From Treponemataceae bacterium (GTDB taxonomy: Bacteria > Spirochaetota > Spirochaetia > Treponematales > Rectinemataceae), in assembly GCA_963677895.2 (NCBI GenBank), contig CAXXGJ010000017.1:64001-128000 (forward strand): DNA of 64,000 bases. The letters run 5' to 3'. The notes beneath the pieces are model-generated. The model was not told the origin of the DNA. It did not search any database and saw only the letters and a list, made by a program, of their open reading frames with translations. Positions within the stretch are counted from its first letter, which is position 1, and the number at the start of each line of letters is the position of its first letter. Shown in pieces: positions 40,550 to 50,033 of the stretch. Both the position numbers and the translations under genes were made by a program.

Positions 40550-42130
40550 ATGGAACGATCCGGTCCATTCAAAGGCAGAACGATTGCCGTCGTGAACGAT
40601 CTATCGCTCGATGAACAGCGATATCTCTATAAAAAAACCAGCGAACTGAAAAATCTCGCCCGTTCGGGCGGAGACCTGAGTCCCTTCAAAATCAACGATC
40701 CCAGTTACCAGGCCTACCTCATCTTCATGGAAGACTCGACGAGGACGCGCGAATCATTCCGCAACGCGGCCAAATTCCTCGGGTGCCGCACCAATGTCTT
40801 CGACGCGGCCTCCAGTTCCTTCAACAAGAACGAATCCATGACGGATGCCATAAAAATGCTGTACGGCTATTCGGCCGACTCCTGCTTCATCCTGCGCACG
40901 AAGCTCGAAGGCGCCTGCCGCTGGCTTCAGGGAGCCCTCTCCCGCTACGCGGAGATTTCCGGCGGCCCCCGCCCCGGATTCATCAACGCGGGCGACGGAA
41001 AGCACGAGCACCCCACCCAGGAATTCCTCGACGAATTCTCTTTTCTCGAACAGCTGAACTGGAACGAGGACCACATCCATATCGCCCTCACTGGCGACCT
41101 CTACCATGGACGCACCGTCCACTCCAAGGCCGACGGTTTGAGAATCTTCCGGAACGTCGAGGTCGATCTCGTAGCCCCCGAACTGCTCTCCATGCCCTCC
41201 TACTACATCGAAAGGATGAAAGCCAACGGCTACAAGATCAACTCCTACGAATCCCTGGACGAATACCTGGCTTCGGGCAAGGTGGCGCCTATCTGGTACT
41301 TCACCAGGCTGCAGCTCGAACGCATGGGCGACTCGGTGCTGGAACGCGCGCCCTTCCTCCGGAAAAGCGTGACCTTCCGCAAGGACATGCTGAGCCTCCT
41401 GCCCGACGATGCCCGCTTCTACCACCCTCTGCCCCGCGACCGCCTCAATCCGACCAATCCCACCTTCCTCGACGAGCTTCCGCTCAATCGATGGGACGCG
41501 CAGTCGGCCAACGGTTATTGGACGAGGATCATAGAGATAGGCATGGTCTCGGGCCTTCTCGGCAAGGACTTCGAGGGGGCCTTCGCCATGGAACCGGATA
41601 TCGTGGAAGACTTCATCATCGAGGCTCCCTCCGCCAACCATAGCAAGCCTGAATATAAAGTGGGCATAAAACCGGTGGAGGAAGGCATCGTCATCGACCA
41701 TATCGCTTCGGGAGAACCCATCGAAAAGATATGGAGCAACGTGGAGGCGGTGCGCAAGATCCTCAAGCTCAACGTCCGCTCGAGCCATGGCGTCTACCAC
41801 TCGTTCAAGGGCACTGAAGTCTACAAGGGCATCATCTCCCTGCCGGACATCATCAGCTTCGGGGAAAAGGACCTGAAAAAACTGGCCGCGATAGCGCCCG
41901 GCTGCACGCTCAACCTCATCCGCGATTCGAAGGTGGCGAAAAAATATCGCCTGGCCATGCCGCCCAGGATCTATGGTTTCGAGGAAATTTCCTGCAAGAA
42001 TGAAAACTGCATCTCTAATCCGAAGAACAACGAGGGCGTAACCACGGAGTTCCGGCGGAAGTCGGGTTCCACCTTCGTGTGCCGCTACTGCGAGCGCGAA
42101 CACCCGTTCAGGGAGATCTGGGATATCTAG
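40550..42130 (+). CDS. pyrBI: Fused aspartate carbamoyltransferase catalytic and regulatory chains
   Basis: 'STRTRESF', 'HPTQ', 'HPLP', then PyrI-like 'GIVIDHI' and Zn site 'CKNENC...CRYC'. Confidence 0.93.
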   Translation: MERSGPFKGRTIAVVNDLSLDEQRYLYKKTSELKNLARSGGDLSPFKINDPSYQAYLIFMEDSTRTRESFRNAAKFLGCRTNVFDAASSSFNKNESMTDAIKMLYGYSADSCFILRTKLEGACRWLQGALSRYAEISGGPRPGFINAGDGKHEHPTQEFLDEFSFLEQLNWNEDHIHIALTGDLYHGRTVHSKADGLRIFRNVEVDLVAPELLSMPSYYIERMKANGYKINSYESLDEYLASGKVAPIWYFTRLQLERMGDSVLERAPFLRKSVTFRKDMLSLLPDDARFYHPLPRDRLNPTNPTFLDELPLNRWDAQSANGYWTRIIEIGMVSGLLGKDFEGAFAMEPDIVEDFIIEAPSANHSKPEYKVGIKPVEEGIVIDHIASGEPIEKIWSNVEAVRKILKLNVRSSHGVYHSFKGTEVYKGIISLPDIISFGEKDLKKLAAIAPGCTLNLIRDSKVAKKYRLAMPPRIYGFEEISCKNENCISNPKNNEGVTTEFRRKSGSTFVCRYCEREHPFREIWDI

Positions 42131-42861
42131 TCGTTATGCGCTCTTCTGTATTCGTACATGAAGAGCGCCGCGGCCACCGAAACGTTGAGCGAATCCACGT
42201 GACCCCGCATCGGGATCGATACGATGGCGTCCGCTCTTTCGGCGAGAAGCCGTGACACGCCTTCTCCTTCGTTCCCGAAGACAAAGCAGGTCTTCGCGGG
42301 CAGGGGGAGTCCCGGGAGCGGCGCGCCGCCCATGTCGGCGGCATATACCCAGAAACCCTTGCCCTGAAGCCTTTTCACAGCGTCCGCGAGGTTCTGCACG
42401 AAGGCCACCGGCACCCAGGCCGAGGCGCCGGCGCTCGTCCTCGCCGCGGCGTCTCCCAGAGGCGAGGCGCGCCGCATCGGGGCTACCACGAGGTTTATGC
42501 CGAACGCGTCGGCCGAACGCAGTATCGCGCCGAAATTCTGGGGATCTTCGATATGATCCAACACCAGGACGAGAGCCTTTTCAGGCGGATCTTCCAAAAA
42601 ATCTTCCAGGGAGAGGCTTTTTTCGGCGTTCCTGCCGAGTAGGGAAAGCGCTATGCCTTTATTGTCGGGATCGATCCTGTCGAGCAGGTCCTGGTCGACC
42701 TGTTCGACGACGATCCCCTGTTTTTTCGCCAGATCCAGGATATCCCTTACGCGCGGGCCCTGCTTTCGGCTTCCCTCGCCGGAGGCGACGAGAATTTTCA
42801 CCTGGGATGGCTTGGCTTTAAGCGTTTCGAGGATTCCATGAAAACTTGTTATATAGTCCAC
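42127..42861 (-). CDS. rlmB: 23S rRNA (guanosine-2'-O)-methyltransferase, SpoU family
   Basis: 'LDHIEDPQNFGAILRS', 'GNEGEG', 'IPMRGHVDSLNVSVA'. Confidence 0.9.
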   Translation of the reverse strand: MDYITSFHGILETLKAKPSQVKILVASGEGSRKQGPRVRDILDLAKKQGIVVEQVDQDLLDRIDPDNKGIALSLLGRNAEKSLSLEDFLEDPPEKALVLVLDHIEDPQNFGAILRSADAFGINLVVAPMRRASPLGDAAARTSAGASAWVPVAFVQNLADAVKRLQGKGFWVYAADMGGAPLPGLPLPAKTCFVFGNEGEGVSRLLAERADAIVSIPMRGHVDSLNVSVAAALFMYEYRRAHND

Positions 42862-42949
42862 GGCGTGAATACTAGCAGAGGAAAGCTTCTATGAAAAGTG
42901 AGGGACCTCGCCTGATCATTCCGCGAGGTCCCGATTCGATTGCGTAGCC

Positions 42950-43771
42950 TCAGGGCATGACGGTGAATTCCTGGACAAGCTGTATGGCGCTTTCCGCATG
43001 CTTGACGCCAGAAATCGAGTGAGTGGCCGCCAAGGCCGTATCGATGGAGGACTGCGCGTTCGCGACGCCATGCAGCACCACCGAGCCTCTCTCGACCGTC
43101 GCTTCCAGGAAATGCACGGGGATCTTGCGCGCATAGATGATCTCGGTCACGACATTCTGCGCGAGCACGAGATCTTCTATCTTCTGTACGCCGGCTTCTT
43201 CCTTACCCTTGTCGACAAAAACCTTGCAGAGCGAATCGATCGCCACCGCCGCGTGAGCGGGATCGGTGTTCCCCGTATTGATGGTCAGATCGTATTCCCG
43301 GCCATCGGACCAGTCCGTGGAGAAAAAATACTTATGGAAGCCGCCGCGGTCATGGTCGCTCTGTTCGATGATCTGAAGGGCGCGTTTGTTGTCGCAGCCG
43401 AAAGTTCTTTTCGTCCTTTCGACCCTGACGGATAAGGGCGCCGTGATCTTCACCGCGAGCATGTGCGGAACGCCCCTCAGGATCGCATAACCGCCCCGCC
43501 CCATGATGATGCAGTTGTTTTCCTGCGCCGCGTCCAGAATCGCCGTCTTGAGGAAATGCAGGTAGTCGTCCCTCTGCTGCGAGAGCGAAGCCCAGAAACC
43601 GGGATTCCTCTCATCGTATTTTTGCCGCTTCTCGGCGGTTATTCCAATAGAATTGAGCTTGCCTTCCAGATACTCCTTGTCGATGAGTTTGTATCCGGAA
43701 ATCTGCGACAATTCTTGTGCCGTCTCTTCGCCGAGGGATGCCAGTTCACGCGCTATGGTAATTATCGCCAT
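42950..43771 (-). CDS. Cytidylate-kinase-like family protein with C-terminal BON-like domain
   Basis: 'IITIARE', 'IIMGRGG', 'YDLTINT'; C-terminal 'VERGSVVLHG...ISGVKHAES'; start after AGGAGG. Confidence 0.75.
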   Translation of the reverse strand: MAIITIARELASLGEETAQELSQISGYKLIDKEYLEGKLNSIGITAEKRQKYDERNPGFWASLSQQRDDYLHFLKTAILDAAQENNCIIMGRGGYAILRGVPHMLAVKITAPLSVRVERTKRTFGCDNKRALQIIEQSDHDRGGFHKYFFSTDWSDGREYDLTINTGNTDPAHAAVAIDSLCKVFVDKGKEEAGVQKIEDLVLAQNVVTEIIYARKIPVHFLEATVERGSVVLHGVANAQSSIDTALAATHSISGVKHAESAIQLVQEFTVMP

Positions 43772-43908
43772 TGTTTCTCCCTCCTTTTCTATATTTACTG
43801 TATGATTATATTCGCGGTAAGTCAAATTTTTTCCGAAACCGGATTTTCGGCCTCCCGACTTTAACCCCCCGATGGTACAAGCTCGTTGATATCGGTATAC
43901 TCAGCCCG

Positions 43909-44811
43909 ATGGAAAAGTTAGGAGCCTTGGCGGCGTTCGGGACGGCTTTTTGCTGGTCCATTTCCGCCATATTCTTTGAAAACGCGTCCAGAAAATTTGG
44001 CGCCCTCGCCGTCAACTTCTGGAAAGTCGTCTTCGCTTTTTTCCTCCTTGCCCTGGCGGGTACCATCCTCAACGGCCAGCCCCTTCCCTTAAGCGCATCG
44101 CCCGCGACATGGTTCTATCTTTGCCTTTCGGGCGTCATCGGCTTCCTGGTTTCGGATTATTTCCTCTTCAATGCCTACATACTCATCGGATCGCGCATCA
44201 GCGTCGTATTCCAGGCGCTGACGCCGCTTTTCACCGCCCTGTTCGCCTTCGTGTTCCTGGGCGAAAGAATGAAGCCCCTCCGGCTTCTCGGAATGGCCAT
44301 TGTCGTGGGCGGCATCCTCATAGTGGTATTGTCGAGACAGAGAAAACAAAAAAGCGAAGGCAAGCCATTCTCGGCATCCAAAAAAGGTTATATCTACGCC
44401 CTGCTTTCGGCGGTTTTCCAGGCGGTCGGACTGATCTTCTCAAAAGTCGGCCTCGGCGACAGCAATGCCATCGCCGGCACGCAGATCAGAGTGATGACCG
44501 CGATACTGGGATTCGGACTTCAAGCCTTGCTCACCGGCCAAGCGGTGCAGGTTTTCAAAGTCACGCCGAAGGAAAGGACTTTCCTGAAGAACCTGGGCAT
44601 CGGCGCCATTTTCGGTCCTTTCCTGGGTGTCACCTTCTCGCTTTTCGCCCTTCAGAATACCGAAGCGGGCACGGCCAGCACGCTGATGGCGCTGACTCCC
44701 GTACTCATCATCCCGCCCACGATTTTCATCCTCAAACAAAAAGTGCAAGCCCTGGAAGTCGCCGGCGCCATCGTGGCGGTGAGCGGCGCGGCGCTTTTCT
44801 TTCTTCTGTAG
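43909..44811 (+). CDS. DMT/EamA-family transporter
   Basis: About 10 TM segments in two repeats; start re-assigned to MEKLGA. Confidence 0.85.
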   Translation: MEKLGALAAFGTAFCWSISAIFFENASRKFGALAVNFWKVVFAFFLLALAGTILNGQPLPLSASPATWFYLCLSGVIGFLVSDYFLFNAYILIGSRISVVFQALTPLFTALFAFVFLGERMKPLRLLGMAIVVGGILIVVLSRQRKQKSEGKPFSASKKGYIYALLSAVFQAVGLIFSKVGLGDSNAIAGTQIRVMTAILGFGLQALLTGQAVQVFKVTPKERTFLKNLGIGAIFGPFLGVTFSLFALQNTEAGTASTLMALTPVLIIPPTIFILKQKVQALEVAGAIVAVSGAALFFLL

Positions 44812-44881
44812 GCGGACTTCGGGCATTTTATATGCACGAATCCGGCGCATTGATATATAATTGATCCTAAAGGAGCGCACA

Positions 44882-45910
44882 ATGAAGGCTCTCGTGAAAA
44901 GCAAGGCCGAACCCGGACTGTGGATGCAGGAAGTGCCCATGCCCGAGATCGGCGACAACGATCTTCTGGTTCGCGTCAAGAAAACGGCAATCTGCGGCAC
45001 CGATGTCCACATATGGAAATGGGACGCCTGGTCGCAGCGAACGATCAGCATCGGGCAGACGGTCGGCCACGAATTCGTGGGCGAAATCGTCGAGATGGGG
45101 CGTTCGGTCGCCGGGTACAAGATTGGCGAAAGAGTCTCGGCGGAAGGCCATATCGTCTGCGGCGTCTGCAGGGCATGCAGGGCCGGCAAACGTCATCTCT
45201 GCCCCAACACCATAGGCATCGGCGTCAACAGGAACGGCTGTTTCGCCGAATATGTCTCGGTGCCGGCCTCCAACGCATGGCATGTCCACGATTCCATTTC
45301 CGACGATATAGCCTCCATTTTCGATCCCTATGGCAACGCCACCCATACCGCCCTCTCCTTCGATATGATCGGCGAGGATGTGCTCATCACCGGCGCCGGC
45401 CCCATCGGCTGCATGGCTGCCGCCATTTCCAAGCACGTCGGCGCTCGAAATGTCGTCATCACCGACGTGAACGACTGGCGGCTCGATCTCGCGAAGAAGC
45501 TCGGCGCCACGCGCACGGTCAATACAGCGAAGGAATCCCTCAAGGCGGTGCAGCAGGAGCTGGGCATGGTCGGCGGCTTCGATATCGGCCTCGAAATGTC
45601 GGGAAATCCCAAAGCCCTGGAACAGATGATCGAAAACATGTACAACGGCGGCAGGATGGCGCTGCTGGGCCTTCTCCCCGACGGGGCCGGCATCGACTGG
45701 AGCCGCGTCATATTCAAAGGCCTCTTCCTCAAGGGGATATACGGCCGCGAAATTTTCGAGACCTGGTACAAGATGCAGGCCATGCTTCTTTCAGGCCTCG
45801 ACATCAGCCCCGTGATCACGCATCGCTATTCCTTCGACGACTTCGAAAAGGGCTTTGACGCCATGCTCTCGGGGCAATCGGGCAAAGTGATCCTCAGCTT
45901 CGATTGGTGA
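44882..45910 (+). CDS. tdh: L-threonine 3-dehydrogenase
   Basis: 'ICGTDVHI', 'GHEFVG', '[12 protein letters not shown]', 'GAGPIG', '[12 protein letters not shown]'. Confidence 0.96.
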   Translation: MKALVKSKAEPGLWMQEVPMPEIGDNDLLVRVKKTAICGTDVHIWKWDAWSQRTISIGQTVGHEFVGEIVEMGRSVAGYKIGERVSAEGHIVCGVCRACRAGKRHLCPNTIGIGVNRNGCFAEYVSVPASNAWHVHDSISDDIASIFDPYGNATHTALSFDMIGEDVLITGAGPIGCMAAAISKHVGARNVVITDVNDWRLDLAKKLGATRTVNTAKESLKAVQQELGMVGGFDIGLEMSGNPKALEQMIENMYNGGRMALLGLLPDGAGIDWSRVIFKGLFLKGIYGREIFETWYKMQAMLLSGLDISPVITHRYSFDDFEKGFDAMLSGQSGKVILSFDW

Positions 45911-46004
45911 TGAAGGGAGTTCGCGTTTTTTTAACTGAGGAGGGGGAACCTCCGGTTCCTCCTCTACTCTCGATACGTGCCGTCGTTTCTGCTATACTCG
46001 TCTC

Positions 46005-47453
46005 GTGAAAGAACACGCATATAAAGGCAATCGACGTCCGGGCGGATCGCCCCGCCGCTTCGAAAAGGTCCGGTCGACGCAAAAGCCGGAGATTCAGCCG
46101 CTTCCCTCGACCGCGATCCAGTCCCTCAAGATAGATGGCGACTGCGTAAAGGCCCTGGCCGCCCTGCCCGCCATATTCGACGAGACCGTCCCGCTTACGC
46201 AAAAACACAGGGTGGAACTCGGCCACACCATCAGATCTCTCTGGGAAGACCTCACCTCCGAACGGGAACACAGGACGGCTGAGTATTTAAGCTCGCCCGC
46301 CTACTATTCGGCCTATGTGCGTTATTTCCTTCCCTGGAACATCCTCCGCCTCTCATCGATCTTCTCAGGCCTTCCGCTCGAACTGGATGACGGAGCGACG
46401 ATCGTCGATATCGGTTCGGGTCCGATGACCGTGCCGATCGCCCTCTATATCGCCCGCCCCGACCTGCGGAAAAAACAGCTCACTATTTACTGCCTGGATA
46501 AAACGGAACACATTCTCAAGGTCGGCCAGACGATTTTCGAAAGCCTGAGCGTCAGGCTTTCCGGCGCCCTGCCCCCCTGGAAAATCATACCCTTAAGACA
46601 GCAGTTTGGATCCTTCCTGCCGGAAAAGGCGGACCTGCTCACCGCCGCCAATGTCTTCAACGAGTTTTTCTGGAAGAGCAAGACCCCGCTCGGCATGCGC
46701 GCCCTCCTCACGGCCCGCCAGCTCCTGGGATACCTGAAGGATTCGGGCTCGATCTTCCTCATGGAACCGGGCGACCCGCGCTCCGGCTCCTTCATCAGCT
46801 CGGTCCGCGCCGCTCTATCGGCCTTCGGGGCTTTCCCGATCGCGCCCTGTCCCCACAACCATTCCTGCCCGATGCCCGGCATTTTCCGCAGCCTTTCCAC
46901 GCCGGGCGAGGAACTTCCCACGGGTGCCTCGTCCAAAAACCTCTCCGATGTCGTCATGCCCAAACGGCGCGACAAATATCCCTGGTGTCATTTCACCATC
47001 GGAACGGAGAGCGCTCCGGCATGGCTCAAGACGCTGTCAGACGAAGCGGGGCTCTCCAAGGACAAACTGGTTTTCTCATATCTATTGTCGACCCTGCCCA
47101 AAATGCCCCTCCAGGCAAAAAAACCGCCGGAATCTTCGGCTCTGTTGCGAATCGTCTCCGAAGAGTTCCCCCTGCCCAACTTCAAGGCGGGTCGCTATGC
47201 CTGTTCGGCCGAGGGCTACAGTCTTGTGCGCTATTCGCCCTTGAACTTCGGCTTCGCGAGCGGAGATCTCGTCCGCATGCCTCAGCCAGCCGTGCCTGCC
47301 GCGCCAAGCGCCCCGCGGGAAAAGCGCCCGACGGGAAAGCCCCAAACGCGTTTAGCGGATATCCTGGACCATCGTCCGATCCCCGCGGCCAAGGCCGCCG
47401 GCAAGGGCAAAGACATCGATGAAAAATCGGGAGCGATAATCGTTTCCTATTGA
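46005..47453 (+). CDS. Rsm22-family SAM-dependent methyltransferase-like protein
   Basis: 'AYVRYFLPWN', 'DIGSGP', 'EPG', 'APCPH...CP', 'WCHF', 'FSYL'. Confidence 0.75.
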   Translation: MKEHAYKGNRRPGGSPRRFEKVRSTQKPEIQPLPSTAIQSLKIDGDCVKALAALPAIFDETVPLTQKHRVELGHTIRSLWEDLTSEREHRTAEYLSSPAYYSAYVRYFLPWNILRLSSIFSGLPLELDDGATIVDIGSGPMTVPIALYIARPDLRKKQLTIYCLDKTEHILKVGQTIFESLSVRLSGALPPWKIIPLRQQFGSFLPEKADLLTAANVFNEFFWKSKTPLGMRALLTARQLLGYLKDSGSIFLMEPGDPRSGSFISSVRAALSAFGAFPIAPCPHNHSCPMPGIFRSLSTPGEELPTGASSKNLSDVVMPKRRDKYPWCHFTIGTESAPAWLKTLSDEAGLSKDKLVFSYLLSTLPKMPLQAKKPPESSALLRIVSEEFPLPNFKAGRYACSAEGYSLVRYSPLNFGFASGDLVRMPQPAVPAAPSAPREKRPTGKPQTRLADILDHRPIPAAKAAGKGKDIDEKSGAIIVSY

Positions 47454-47478
47454 CATTAGGGTTCAATCCATATATATT
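47450..47478 (+). promoter_or_regulatory. Sigma70 promoter of the tRNA pair
   Basis: TTGACA-17 nt-TATATT. Confidence 0.8.
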
Positions 47479-47500
47479 TCGTCTTCGTCAGCAATGACAC

Positions 47501-47574
47501 GGGGGCGTAGCGAAGCTGGTTATCGCGCTGGCCTGTCAAGCCGGAGATCGCGGGTTCGATACCCGTCGCTCCCG
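47501..47574 (+). tRNA. tRNA-Asp (GTC)
   Basis: Acceptor GGGGGCG/CGCTCCC; anticodon arm CTGGC-CT GTC AA-GCCGG; GTTCGA T-loop; CCA not encoded. Confidence 0.95.
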
Positions 47575-47595
47575 ATTCGCCTCTTGGGGCGATCA

Positions 47596-47625
47596 AACCC
47601 GTCAATCAAACTGACGGGTTTTTTT
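47596..47625 (+). terminator. Terminator-like hairpin between the two tRNA genes
   Basis: AAACCCGTCA-ATCAAAC-TGACGGGTTT followed by a T-run. Confidence 0.6.
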
Positions 47626-47629
47626 ATTA

Positions 47630-47702
47630 CGGGCTGTAGCGCAGGGGCTAGCGCGCTTGGTTCGGGACCAAGATGTCGGAGGTTCAAATCCTCTCAGCCC
47701 GA
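47630..47702 (+). tRNA. tRNA-Pro (CGG)
   Basis: Acceptor CGGGCTG/CAGCCCG; anticodon arm CTTGG-TT CGG GA-CCAAG; GTTCAA T-loop. Confidence 0.95.
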
Positions 47703-47718
47703 TTAGACCTACACATGA

Positions 47719-47744
47719 CGCCCGACTGAAAACAGTCGGGCGTT
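47719..47744 (+). terminator. Hairpin downstream of tRNA-Pro
   Basis: ACGCCCGACTG-AAAA-CAGTCGGGCGT followed by TGGTGTTT. Confidence 0.65.
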
Positions 47745-47880
47745 GGTGTTTCTGAACCATGAATAAAAAGGCAAGCTAACCGGTCGGGCGCGTCGGGTAT
47801 TATAAATAGATTCCGATATTAATAGTTTACAAAACAAGTAATCAAGGAGATACTGTCTGTAACCTAACGATGGAGCAAAC

Positions 47881-48867
47881 ATGAAAAAGAGCATCTTCCC
47901 GTTAGTCTTTGCGCTTATATCGGTACTGTTGCTTTCGGGCTGTCCGGCGATTCTGGATTTTGTAGAAGACCTTATCCCCACGACGACGACCACTACGACG
48001 ACCACTACAACGACAACCACCACAACCCCGCCAACAACAACGACCACGACTACTGTACCGACAACGACTACAACGACGACGACGACCACCACCACTACTA
48101 CTACCACCACGACAGTCCCGCCGCCGACGACGACGAGCACGACCACGACAACCACGATAATGTCCTTTGAGGACACGCTCTCCGCCGCTAACGCGGCATC
48201 AGGGTATGACGGCAGGCTTCCCGTAATTTCCGGCGGGATACAACATTACGTAATCCAGAACAAGATTGATAATCCCTTGACCACCAATCAGGCAGTCGCC
48301 TATTACGCCGATACTGGTAATTTCTCTATTACGCAGCAGACTGGTCCCTTAACAACCTTACCGGTGTCTTTTCCGTCGATATTCATCGGCAACAATAACG
48401 GACATGCTACGTCTGGCAGCGCCCTTCCAATGCTTACCAGCGCTATTTCAAGCATTCCAACAGCCTGGACCTGGTCGAACGCGAATGCCCCATTAGCTGA
48501 TTTCGCCGCCACCTACGAACTATGGTTTACGACAGCGTTTAATAACAGCAGCATCCCGGGCCCGGAATATTCGCTGAATATTTGGCTATACAAGCCGGCC
48601 GGCCATTCGCCAGGCGGGTCTCAGTACGGTTTAGTCATGATAAATGGCCTGCAATGGAATATCTGGATCGATCCTTTTTCTATCACCTACGTGGCGCCCG
48701 CAGCAGCGCGAAACGTGAGTTTCGATCTTGTCTCCTTCATCAACGACGCAAAAGGGCGGGGCATGATTTTAAATTCTGACTATCTCCACGACGTCATCGC
48801 GGGCTTCAGGATATGGTCAGGCGGCGCGGGACTGGCGAGCGGCAATTTCAGCGCATTGGTGCGCTAG
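47881..48867 (+). CDS. Lipoprotein with Thr-rich linker and GH12-like domain (catalytic Glu residues apparently absent)
   Basis: Lipobox 'LLLSGC'; ~60-aa Thr/Pro tract; GH12-like motifs 'SFPSIFIG', 'ATYELWF', 'SFDLVSFI', 'YL..V.AGF.IW.GG.GL'. Confidence 0.8.
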   Translation: MKKSIFPLVFALISVLLLSGCPAILDFVEDLIPTTTTTTTTTTTTTTTTPPTTTTTTTVPTTTTTTTTTTTTTTTTTTVPPPTTTSTTTTTTIMSFEDTLSAANAASGYDGRLPVISGGIQHYVIQNKIDNPLTTNQAVAYYADTGNFSITQQTGPLTTLPVSFPSIFIGNNNGHATSGSALPMLTSAISSIPTAWTWSNANAPLADFAATYELWFTTAFNNSSIPGPEYSLNIWLYKPAGHSPGGSQYGLVMINGLQWNIWIDPFSITYVAPAAARNVSFDLVSFINDAKGRGMILNSDYLHDVIAGFRIWSGGAGLASGNFSALVR

Positions 48868-50033
48868 GCAACGCTCTTCACTTTCCTGTTAAGCCCGACA
48901 GCGAGTATCAGCGCGGCGGCGAGCGAAAGAGAAGCGCCCAACGCGAAGGGAACCACGGGTCCGAATATATTCCACAAAAATCCAGCGATCACGCTCGCGG
49001 GCAGAAGCGCGATTCCGACGATCGTGGAATGAAGACCGAGCACGGTGCCCTTCAGTTCCTTGGGCGCGATCTCGGCTATGAAGGCGCGTTCGACACCGGC
49101 CGTCATGGCGGTGAAAACTCCATACAAGGCGAAAGCCGCGACGATAACCGCTTTACCGGTGGCCCAGGCAAAGCTGGCATACACGATCGCGAACGTCACA
49201 TACCCGGCGACCAGCACCCATTTTCTCCCGACGCGATCGGATATCTTGCCAAGCGGTATGGAGAGAAGGGACGAGACGATGTTGTACAGGAAATACAGCA
49301 GCACCACCGTGGCCGAATCGAATCCCATGTTTTTAGCCCGAAGAAGAAGGAAAGTGTTCGACGAATTGCCGAGTGTGAATATGAATACGACAACCAGATA
49401 GAGTTTCAGGCGCGAATCGAGATTCTTGAGACTGCCGAAGACGTTGAGCGGCGCCTTTGACTCGCTTGGTTTGTGGGTCTCCTTGATGAAGATGAACATG
49501 AAGAGGGCAGCGAGCGTCGGGATTGCCGAAAGCAGGAAGATCCGCTTGTACGCGAATTCGCCGTTACCGGTCTTCATGATGAAAAACGCGAGGAGAATGC
49601 CCGCCGCCGACCCTGCCATGTCGAGGGCTTTATGAAGCCCAAACGAGTGCCCCAGCTTTTTCGAATCGCTGCTCTCGCTGACGAGCACGTCGCGAGGCGC
49701 CGTCCTGATGCCTTTTCCGAAGCGATCGATTACCCGCGCGGCGAGCACGCCCACCCAGGAACTGGCGAAAATGAGGGCCAGCTTATATATAAGTCCCGTG
49801 GAATAGCCGAAGAAGGCGATGGGCTTTTTCTTCCGGTACTTATCCGTGGCATAGCCGCTGAATACTTTAAGGAGGCTCGCGAGGCTTTCGGCGATTCCCT
49901 CTATCACGCCGACGAGAGCTGGCGTGGCGCCGAATACCGTCGTCAGATACATGGGAATGAGGGGATAGACCATCTCGGTGCTCAGATCGGCGAAAAAACT
50001 GACAAGCCCAATCAAAATTACGTTGTTCATCAT
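48864..50033 (-). CDS. MFS transporter
   Basis: About 12 TM; 'DRFGKGIRTAPRD', 'GKISDRVGRK'; start re-assigned to MMNNVIL overlapping the upstream stop. Confidence 0.9.
   Translation of the reverse strand: MMNNVILIGLVSFFADLSTEMVYPLIPMYLTTVFGATPALVGVIEGIAESLASLLKVFSGYATDKYRKKKPIAFFGYSTGLIYKLALIFASSWVGVLAARVIDRFGKGIRTAPRDVLVSESSDSKKLGHSFGLHKALDMAGSAAGILLAFFIMKTGNGEFAYKRIFLLSAIPTLAALFMFIFIKETHKPSESKAPLNVFGSLKNLDSRLKLYLVVVFIFTLGNSSNTFLLLRAKNMGFDSATVVLLYFLYNIVSSLLSIPLGKISDRVGRKWVLVAGYVTFAIVYASFAWATGKAVIVAAFALYGVFTAMTAGVERAFIAEIAPKELKGTVLGLHSTIVGIALLPASVIAGFLWNIFGPVVPFALGASLSLAAALILAVGLNRKVKSVA

Noticed and set aside
47709..48176. Poly-Val ORF on the minus strand
   Set aside because: Antisense image of the Thr-rich linker of the lipoprotein
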